Shown here: positions 29,395 to 37,260 of the stretch, in pieces | Layout: each line of letters opens with the position of its first letter | Position numbering within the stretch: position 1 is the first letter of the stretch | NCBI GenBank assembly: GCA_965223265.1 | Contig: OZ244999.1 | Span: 3,456,001-3,520,000 of the forward strand | Origin: Planctomycetota bacterium | GTDB lineage: Bacteria > Planctomycetota > UBA8108 > SXIK01 | Reading direction: 5' to 3' | Length of the DNA stretch: 64,000 nucleotides | The notes under the pieces: model-generated | Told to the model about the DNA's origin: nothing | Databases searched by the model: none | What the model saw: the letters and a program-made list of their open reading frames with translations, nothing else | Position numbers and translations under genes: made by a program

Positions 29395-30819
29395 GTGACA
29401 ACTTCGGAGACGATCATGCCCCAGCGCCTGCAAAGAGCTTTGCCGACTTCAGAAGCAACTCCACTTGGCCGCCGGCAATTCCTTTCAAGCGTTGGGGCGG
29501 CGGCGCTGGCATCGACCTATTTCACGCGACACCGAAACACGGCGCTGGCCGCAGCTCGCACTGCTGAGAGCGTCCACGGAAAGCTCCGAGTCACAGACGT
29601 CGAAGTGCACGAGATCCATCCCGAATACGTCGACTGGATCCATTACCAGCTGCAGCACTACTACGGCCCGTCGAAGCGGTACGTTTACGTCGTCAAGACG
29701 AACAAGGGCATCACCGGCCTTGGGGAGAGCGGTGGGCGCGAGAGCGACGGGACGATCGAGGGTTACATCGGCACAAATCCGTTCGACTGGATCGGCGACG
29801 AGACGTCTCTCGGACTCGGCACGGCGATGTACGACCTCATGGGCAAGGCGGCCGGTGTTCCGGTCTACAAGCTCTTCGGCCAGAAGTACCGCTCGTGGAT
29901 TCCCGTTGGCTGCTGGACGGTATCGACAGCGCCGAAACGTATGGCGGAGACCGTACGCAACTATGCTGCGATGGGTTATACGTGGATGAAGTTCCACCTC
30001 TCCCCCTTCGAGAACATCCTCGATCAGAACGCGGCCATGCAAGCCGTGGCGCCGAAGGGTTTCCGGGTCCTCTACGATGTCACCGGTCACGGCACGGTCG
30101 ATCACATGCTTGAGCTGATCGAGAAAATCACGGCCTTCCCGATTGCCGGTGCCTTCGAAGATCCGCTGACCTCCCGTGATCTCGAAGGATACATCGAACT
30201 ACGCAAGCGTTGCCCAGTGCCGGTCATCCTGCACCACAGCCCGCTTGGACACACAATCGACGTTCTTAGGCGCGCGGCAGACGGCTACATCGTCGGGCAT
30301 GCCCGAATCGGCGTCGCGATGCGGCGCGCTGGCCTGTTCGCTGCCGCCAACGTCCCGTTCATGCTACAGAACGTCGGCGGGCACATCACACGCTCCATGA
30401 CGACCCACATGCACGCAGCCTTCAAGACAGCGACGTGGCCGTTTCACAGCGACGCCGAGACGTGGGCATCGGACGTCGTCAATGAGCGCCTCGAACCAGT
30501 CAATGGTCTCCTGCGCGTGCCGGAGAAGCCAGGCCTCGGCGTCACCCTTGACCGTGCTGAGCTGGAACGACTCAAGAAGCAGAAACTGCCGCAGCAAGAG
30601 AAATGGATTATCAAGACCAGATTCGACAACGGCGTCGCGATGTACAACATTGCCGACCCGAAGCAGTCGATCTTCATGGTGCGCCCGAACGTCCGGCGTC
30701 AGATTCCGCTCAGCTACGACGCCCCTCTGCAGACGGAGTATTGGGATAACGACGGCTCGCCGGAGTACAAGGCGATGTTCGCTCGTCTCGAGCGCGAGGG
30801 CGTCGTGCTCGAGCGGTAA
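29395..30819 (+). CDS. Mandelate racemase/muconate lactonizing (enolase superfamily) protein with Tat signal
   Basis: GRRQFLS; GITGLGE, AMYDLMGKAAGVPVYKLFG, EDP, VPEKPGLGV; extra C-terminal ~75 aa. Confidence 0.88.
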   Translation: MTTSETIMPQRLQRALPTSEATPLGRRQFLSSVGAAALASTYFTRHRNTALAAARTAESVHGKLRVTDVEVHEIHPEYVDWIHYQLQHYYGPSKRYVYVVKTNKGITGLGESGGRESDGTIEGYIGTNPFDWIGDETSLGLGTAMYDLMGKAAGVPVYKLFGQKYRSWIPVGCWTVSTAPKRMAETVRNYAAMGYTWMKFHLSPFENILDQNAAMQAVAPKGFRVLYDVTGHGTVDHMLELIEKITAFPIAGAFEDPLTSRDLEGYIELRKRCPVPVILHHSPLGHTIDVLRRAADGYIVGHARIGVAMRRAGLFAAANVPFMLQNVGGHITRSMTTHMHAAFKTATWPFHSDAETWASDVVNERLEPVNGLLRVPEKPGLGVTLDRAELERLKKQKLPQQEKWIIKTRFDNGVAMYNIADPKQSIFMVRPNVRRQIPLSYDAPLQTEYWDNDGSPEYKAMFARLEREGVVLER

Positions 30820-31111
30820 GTAGGCAAACAGTCGAAGGGCATGCGCGGAAGTCCGAATCGACTCGGCGAGGCGCAGTGGGGCAGTGGTTCGTGACGGATT
30901 TGTGTCCATCATCTACGCAGCGGACGTGTCTCTGCTTCTGTTTCGAGCCGTTCCGGGCCGGGCTGTTAGAACGGCGGGACGCAGAACTCGCGGCGGCACG
31001 CTGTTCGGAGTAAGATCGTCAGCGAAAGCTGCGTGAACCCGCCAACCGGCGGTTGCTTCGAGTCCGAACGCCCAGAAATCGTGGATTCCGGCACGGCGAA
31101 AGGAAAGTGCG

Positions 31112-31720
31112 ATGTCCAAGCTAACGGCGATGGTCGCATTGATCGGCGTAGGCGTTATTGCCGGGTTGTTTCTGAAGACGTGGTCGACGACATCGCAGGG
31201 GGAATTTGCAGGAGTCGCTCCCGGAAGAGTCATAGATTCGACCGGGGTCCCGAACGGAAAGTACCGAGCGGTTGCTGTAGACGACGGTTGAAACTTCGAT
31301 TGCTATCTGGTCGAGGTGGCAACGCAGAGAGTCAGCTTCTCGTTTTCAGGTCCAATCAAGAGTGAGTATTACGCAGCCATCTCTCCACGCGAGACCTATC
31401 TGGCCTCTTCCAAGATCTTCTCAAGACAGATCTCGCTGTGGTCTATCGACACGGGCGAAGTCGTCAAGGAGTTGAAAGGCCACGAATCCGCTACGATCGC
31501 CGTTGCCTTCTCGAAAGACGAAAAAACACTGGCATCAGTGGGCAAGGATCGAACGCTCAAGGTGTGGGATCTGGAGACGCAGAGCCTTGTCGTCAAGCAT
31601 GAACTTCCGCCCAAGAAGTACCGATCACTGCGCTTCCACGATGACGGATTCGTTGTCGTCGAGTTCGACAGCGGGGTCCCTCGTTCGTACGCTCCACTTA
31701 TCGGGGATGTCGCCGAGTGA
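31112..31720 (+). CDS. WD40-repeat protein with N-terminal hydrophobic segment, interrupted by an in-frame TGA (selenoprotein candidate or pseudogene)
   Basis: AAGGA SD and ATG 31112 (MSKLTAMVALIGVGVIAGLFL...), TGA at 31289-31291 in frame with ORF 31316..31720 (LKGH...VAFS...LASVGKDRTLKVWD). Confidence 0.7.
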
Positions 31721-31818
31721 CGATTGGCTTGGCTACGCGGTCGGCTGCCGCCGGTTAGCAATCGATCAACGCACAACTTTCGGCTGTGCTCGGCTCTATC
31801 TCGCTCGTCCACGGCTCC

Positions 31819-33474
31819 TCAGCAACCCGTGGACTGGACGCACTCCAAGTCGTCTAGCGTTGGATCGATTCCACAGGCGTCGAAGGGAGGGTTGAGCTCG
31901 ACGACGTCCGTAAAGAAGAGAAAGAGCAACAGGAAGACGCCATCGGAGATGTCAACAATGCCGTCGTCGTTGACGTCGGCGGTCTTCATGCAGGCTGGAA
32001 ACGGGTCCAGCTTGAAGAGCGCTTCGAGAATCATGATGACGTCGGAAACGTTCCGACTCTGACTTCCGTCCAAGTCTCCGCGACGAAAGTGCCCGGTCTG
32101 GTCGACGATCTCTGACGCTCCCGGTAGCGGAAAGTCCTCAGCCGCGTCGTCGATCACTAGCACCCAATCATCACCCCGATGCGAAGGTGGGGTGAAGTCA
32201 TGAACTGAGTCAGCGGGGAAGCGGCCGATCTCCACCACCTCGCCGCTCGAGGGGTCGTACCAGCGTACGATCGCTTCTGAGGCGACAAGCGTTGAAAGAT
32301 CCACACCGACCGTCCGCGGTCTCGGGAGGTACGCGATGATCGTCTTTCCATCGTCAGTCCTTGCAGCAGACGCGTACGAGATATCCGAGATCGAGCCGAA
32401 CCCGCTCACCAGCACTGTGTGGTCGTAGTCCGGTACCAGCTTGTACCAGTAGCGCGATCGGAACAGTCGCCCCATGATTTCCATCGACGTCGAGCCTTCC
32501 AAGTCGAGCGCCTCCTGCCATCCGCTGCCGAAAAACCAAATCGGCCAATTGCCGAAGCAGTGTCCAAAAGCTCCTCCGAGAATGGACCAATAGGCCTGAC
32601 TGCGCACACAGACCGGTGGATTCTCGTCGGAGTCAATGGCGCCCTCGTAACGCCCCTCGAGGAAGAAAAAAGGCAAGGCGCGATCAGCTTCGTATTCGTG
32701 TCGGGTCTTTGCAGGACCGTCGTGACAGTTGGAGTAGTACACGTTGTTAACGTCGAGCCAGGGTCGATCAAAACAGTCAAGCGCCGACAGACGTCCACTG
32801 CACTGAGCGGACCAAAGGTGGCCCGGGTCGGTCTCTCGGATGCCGGCGATCATGGCCTCCATCACTTCCGAGGCACCCGGGGTGTGACTTGGGTCGACAT
32901 CACCCCCTGCGAGCCAGAGGATGTTCGGGTAGTCGCGGTAGCGCTCGCCAATATAGCGGCCGTAATCACGCATGACTGATTCACCGCTGGCGATCATCTC
33001 GCTGCACCAACCCTGCTGGCCGCAGAGGATACCAAGGTACGCCGGTGCCATGATCAGGAGCATTTCGTGCTCCAGGGCACGCTCTACCACCCAGTCGGCG
33101 TGAGCAAAGTAAGCATCGTTGGGGGCCGAAAAATCAGAACTTGTGAAGGGATGCTCGCCCTCCCGGTTAAGCGGCCCACTGAAGAAGGACTCGATGAGCT
33201 CGACGACTAGTGTATTGAATCCTTTCTCGCGCCGATCAGCGAGATACTCCAATGTTTCTTCCTTCGTTAGTCCTTGAATCAGAGTCCAGGGGGAATCTGC
33301 ATTGATCAGGAACGGCTTGCCGGACTGATCCTCAAGGTAGCGGCCCCGTTCACTCAAACGGAGTGGATAGGTCTGCGCCACGACCTGAAGCCGCAAGGAG
33401 AGCAAAACGACAGCGATCGAAAGAACAAACAAGGCGCCACGAAAGCGTGGTCGCTCAGGTTGTGAATTGAGCAT
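31819..33474 (-). CDS. Secreted DUF4038/apiosidase-like glycoside hydrolase with collagen-binding-like and dockerin-like domains
   Basis: RYLEDQSGKPF..ADSPW, PNILWLAGGD, FFLEGRYE, WYDPSSG...DDWVL; C-terminal FRRGD...ADVNDDGIVDISD. Confidence 0.85.
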   Translation of the reverse strand: MLNSQPERPRFRGALFVLSIAVVLLSLRLQVVAQTYPLRLSERGRYLEDQSGKPFLINADSPWTLIQGLTKEETLEYLADRREKGFNTLVVELIESFFSGPLNREGEHPFTSSDFSAPNDAYFAHADWVVERALEHEMLLIMAPAYLGILCGQQGWCSEMIASGESVMRDYGRYIGERYRDYPNILWLAGGDVDPSHTPGASEVMEAMIAGIRETDPGHLWSAQCSGRLSALDCFDRPWLDVNNVYYSNCHDGPAKTRHEYEADRALPFFFLEGRYEGAIDSDENPPVCVRSQAYWSILGGAFGHCFGNWPIWFFGSGWQEALDLEGSTSMEIMGRLFRSRYWYKLVPDYDHTVLVSGFGSISDISYASAARTDDGKTIIAYLPRPRTVGVDLSTLVASEAIVRWYDPSSGEVVEIGRFPADSVHDFTPPSHRGDDWVLVIDDAAEDFPLPGASEIVDQTGHFRRGDLDGSQSRNVSDVIMILEALFKLDPFPACMKTADVNDDGIVDISDGVFLLLFLFFTDVVELNPPFDACGIDPTLDDLECVQSTGC

Positions 33475-33712
33475 GGGGACTTCCTCAGGGAAAGCTGCCG
33501 CGACGAAAATTCGCCCGAGCAGTTGTAATCGGTTCCCCGTCTAACGACGATCCTTTTCCACGTTCTCACGGATGCAAACGCTTGCGCAGAGATCGATCCG
33601 TGAAAGGGCGTCAAGTGTAACAACCGTTGCCGGCGACGTCACGTTCCAAAGGGGCTACGCAGCGGCGGTCGCCGATCGTGCTCGAGCGAAAAATCGCCGT
33701 GGGCCGAAACCG

Positions 33713-34021
33713 CTAGGCACCGCGGTACCAAGCGTCCGTGGTGAACTCGATGGGGATGTCTTGCTCAGCGGGATCGCTGACGCCGAGAGCCTCCAACTTT
33801 TCAAACCACTCGTCACGACGAGAAGCTGGCAGCTTGGCGCCGCACCAAGGGCAAAACCTGATGTTCACGACAGAGCTCCCACCGTCGTGAACTCGAATGC
33901 CGTATTCGTCGTACGCCTCTGAGTAGGCAACCAGCGCGTCCGGACAGTCGGCCGGATCCACATGCCGTGCGCAGGAATGAGCAATTTGTTCAGTCATGTC
34001 GGTACAGCAGTGTTGTCGCAT
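33713..34021 (-). CDS. Small Cys-rich hypothetical protein (DUF6980-like)
   Basis: HCCxxM...CxxH...CPD...EYGIRVHDGG...FCPWCGAKLP; start refined to ATG 34021. Confidence 0.75.
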   Translation of the reverse strand: MRQHCCTDMTEQIAHSCARHVDPADCPDALVAYSEAYDEYGIRVHDGGSSVVNIRFCPWCGAKLPASRRDEWFEKLEALGVSDPAEQDIPIEFTTDAWYRGA

Positions 34022-34176
34022 AGCCGAAAGGCGCCCAACTTTCAATGAGATACGTCCGTACGGTCGGCAGCATCGACTACCCTCACGTACGACCTTGTGA
34101 AGGTGCAAGATCGCGTTGGTCGACCGGATCCTCTATTCCCACGCAGCGGATCTCGGACGGGAGAAACCGGCCGCTG

Positions 34177-35664
34177 TCAGACGATCACGTCGTCGATTAC
34201 ATGAGCCTCTTGAACTCCCGTCAGCTTCTGCTCGAGCCCACCGTAAAAATAGGTGAGCTTTTCGTGATCGAGCCCCATCAAGTGCAACATCGTCGCATGC
34301 AGATCGCGAATATGGTGACGATTGACCGCGGCCTCATGCCCGAAGTCGTCGGTCTCTCCGTGTGCGTACCCGCCCTTCGCGCCGCCGCCCGCGAGCCAGT
34401 AGAGGAACCCTTTGGCGTTGTGATCGCGGCCGCGGCTTCCCTGGGAGACGGCTTGGCGACCGAACTCGCCGCCCCAGACGATGAGGGTTTCATCGAGTAG
34501 ACCACGCTGCTTCAGGTCGGTGAGGAGTCCGTGGATCGGTTGATCAATCTCTGGGGCGTGGATCGCGAGGTTTTGCTCCTGGTTGCCGTGCGCGTCCCAG
34601 TTCTCATCGCCATGACCGCCGCCAGAATAGATCTGGACGAACCGCACGCCACGCTCGACGAGACGCCGAGCGATCAAACACTGCGTTCCGAATGGCTGCG
34701 GTCCCAGTGATCTCTTGTGCGTCTTTTCGGCGTTGACGATTCCGTACAGTTCGAGCGTGCGACGATCTTCATCAGCGATGCTCATCACCTCGGGCGCCGC
34801 CGTCTGCAGCTGAAACGCCAGTTCATAGCTGGCGATCCGTGCCGACAGCTCGGAGTACCCCGGCCGTGTCTCGAGGTGTTCGCGATTGAGACGCTCGAGC
34901 GTGTCGACGAAGGCACGCTGCCTCGCACGAGGGGTCTGAAGGCGCGGCGAAAGATTGAGGATCGGATCTCCTCGGCTCCGCAGATAAGTTCCTTGATAAG
35001 CCGCAGGCATGAACCCACTCGACCAGTTGGCGGCTCCGGCGATCGGTCCGCCGCGCGGATCGAGCATGACGACGTAGCCCGGGAGATTGTCGTTCTCGCT
35101 GCCGAGTCCGTACGTCAGCCACGAGCCGACGGTGGGGGAGCCCTGGATGACCCGGCCGCTGTTCATTTGAATCAGCGCAGAACCGTGTGCGAACGTGTCC
35201 GCGTAGAGGCTCTTGATGACGCAGAGGTCATCCATGTGCTGTGAGATATGGGGAAACGCGTCACTGCACCAGAGTCCGGATTCGCCGCAACGTTTGAAGC
35301 TGCGACGCGAAGCGAGTAGCTTGCCCTTCGAGATCACATGGCGCCTCGTTTCGAGCTCCACCGTCTGACCGTCGCGCTTCTGAAGCTCAGGCTTGTAGTC
35401 CCAGGTGTCCATGGATGGCGGACCACCATACATGAATAGAAAAATGCAGCTTTTGGCGCGTGGTGCGAAGTGGGGCGCACGTACGGCGAGCGGCCGCGTT
35501 AACGAGGACTCGGCCTTCGCTGCGGCCGCATAGCCGCGGCGCGCGAAGAATTCATCGCGGTCAAGCAGCCCGGTCAGCGCGACGCCGCCGAACCCAGCCC
35601 CCAACTGCCATAGGAACTCGCGGCGTGACTCTGAGCAGCCGGCCGCGCTTGTGCGCCAATTCAT
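34177..35664 (-). CDS. DUF1501 family protein
   Basis: SRREFL, GGPPSMDTWDYKP, GSWLTYGLGSEN, ARRLVERGVRFV, WDAH, EFGR, GRDHN. Confidence 0.9.
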   Translation of the reverse strand: MNWRTSAAGCSESRREFLWQLGAGFGGVALTGLLDRDEFFARRGYAAAAKAESSLTRPLAVRAPHFAPRAKSCIFLFMYGGPPSMDTWDYKPELQKRDGQTVELETRRHVISKGKLLASRRSFKRCGESGLWCSDAFPHISQHMDDLCVIKSLYADTFAHGSALIQMNSGRVIQGSPTVGSWLTYGLGSENDNLPGYVVMLDPRGGPIAGAANWSSGFMPAAYQGTYLRSRGDPILNLSPRLQTPRARQRAFVDTLERLNREHLETRPGYSELSARIASYELAFQLQTAAPEVMSIADEDRRTLELYGIVNAEKTHKRSLGPQPFGTQCLIARRLVERGVRFVQIYSGGGHGDENWDAHGNQEQNLAIHAPEIDQPIHGLLTDLKQRGLLDETLIVWGGEFGRQAVSQGSRGRDHNAKGFLYWLAGGGAKGGYAHGETDDFGHEAAVNRHHIRDLHATMLHLMGLDHEKLTYFYGGLEQKLTGVQEAHVIDDVIV

Positions 35665-35841
35665 TGCGGTGACTCCAACTACTGGCTTTCGTTAGAATAA
35701 TCGAGTCGTCACATCTTGTCGAGTGTTCTCAGTCCCGCGGTTGCGGCTCTCCGCCGCGCTCATCGTCATTCGCCGCGGCTGATCACCCGGTCTGAAACGA
35801 TGTCAAGTGAGTCAATCGGGGCGTCATGTTGGAGGCTCTGG

Positions 35842-37212
35842 ATGAAGGTGATTCCTCGCTTTTGTCTCATCGGCGCTCTCTTGATCGCTACGGTGGCGTC
35901 GCGCCGAGGCGTGTGCGACGACGCTGCGCCCAACTTCGTCATCATTCTTGCCGACGACATGGGGTACGGTGACGCGGGGTGCTACGGCGGCACTGCCTTT
36001 CCAACGCCCGCCATCGATCGGCTCGCGGCCGAGGGGCTGCGCTTCACCGATTTTCACTCGAACGGAACCGTCTGTAGCCCGACGCGTGCCGCTCTCCTCA
36101 CCGGACGCTACCAGCAGCGCGCTGGGATCGGCGGTGTCGTCTACGCTGATCCGAAGCGAAATCGACACCACGGACTGCACACCGTCGAGACAACTTTCGC
36201 GGAGCTTTTGAAGACACGCGGTTACAAAACTGCAGTTTTCGGCAAGTGGCATCTCGGCTACGAGCGTAAGTACAATCCAGTGCGGCACGGGTTCGACGAG
36301 TTTCGCGGCTACGTCAGCGGCAACGTCGATTTCGTCGCCCATATCGATGGTCAAGGTTTCTTCGATTGGTGGCGAGGTGCCGAGCTCGATCGGGACGATC
36401 AAGGGTACGTCACGCGTCTGATCACGCGGTACACGGTGGATTTCATCTCGCGCTCGAAGGATCAGCCATTCTGCGTGTACGTCGCCCACCAAGCGCCGCA
36501 TTTTCCGTACCAGGGGCCAAACGATCCACCTGTGCGGCGAGAAGGTCAGCCAGGTCAGGTGGGAAGCCTCTGGAACGACCGCGAGCCTGAGCACATGAGA
36601 TCCGCGTACGTCGAAATGATGGCGGAGCTGGATCGCAGCGTCGGTGAAATCACCGCTAGCCTCGATCGGTTCGACCTGAGTCGGCGCACCTTCGTCTTTT
36701 TCTTTTCCGACAACGGCGCGGCCGGCCCCGGCTCCTGCGCGCCGCTGCGAGGCCGGAAGGGGTCACTCTGGGAGGGAGGACACCGCGTCCCGGCAATCGC
36801 GCGTTGGACGGGGAAGATTCAGGCCGGCGCTGTGACGGGCGCAACGGCGGTCGGCATCGATCTCATGCCAACGCTTTTGGAACTGGTCGGGATCGAGGCG
36901 CCAACGACGCGGCCCCTGGACGGGGTCAGCTTAGTACCGGTGTTGCTGCGCCGCGAGTCACTACCACCGCGCCAGCTCTTCTGGCACTACCGCTCGACAG
37001 CGGCGGTGCGTGAAGGCGTATGGAAACTCCTTGTCGATGAGAAGAAAAATGCCGCACGACTCTATCGACTCGACCAAGACCTTGCCGAGAAGCACGATCT
37101 CGCTGCGTCTTATCCGGAGCGCGTTCGCACGATGGGCGCCTCGCTCGCGGCATGGCGAAGGCGTGTCACAGACGGAGCAACGGAGCAGCCAAGGGCGAAC
37201 GCCAAACGTTGA
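35842..37212 (+). CDS. Exported sulfatase (Cys-type, formylglycine-dependent)
   Basis: ILADDMG, CSPTRAALLTG, GKWHLG, SDNG, EGGHRVP; GGAGG SD before ATG 35842. Confidence 0.92.
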   Translation: MKVIPRFCLIGALLIATVASRRGVCDDAAPNFVIILADDMGYGDAGCYGGTAFPTPAIDRLAAEGLRFTDFHSNGTVCSPTRAALLTGRYQQRAGIGGVVYADPKRNRHHGLHTVETTFAELLKTRGYKTAVFGKWHLGYERKYNPVRHGFDEFRGYVSGNVDFVAHIDGQGFFDWWRGAELDRDDQGYVTRLITRYTVDFISRSKDQPFCVYVAHQAPHFPYQGPNDPPVRREGQPGQVGSLWNDREPEHMRSAYVEMMAELDRSVGEITASLDRFDLSRRTFVFFFSDNGAAGPGSCAPLRGRKGSLWEGGHRVPAIARWTGKIQAGAVTGATAVGIDLMPTLLELVGIEAPTTRPLDGVSLVPVLLRRESLPPRQLFWHYRSTAAVREGVWKLLVDEKKNAARLYRLDQDLAEKHDLAASYPERVRTMGASLAAWRRRVTDGATEQPRANAKR

Positions 37213-37260
37213 ATGCGGTCGAGCGACGCGGCCTCAGAAATCCTTTGGCAGGTAAACCCG

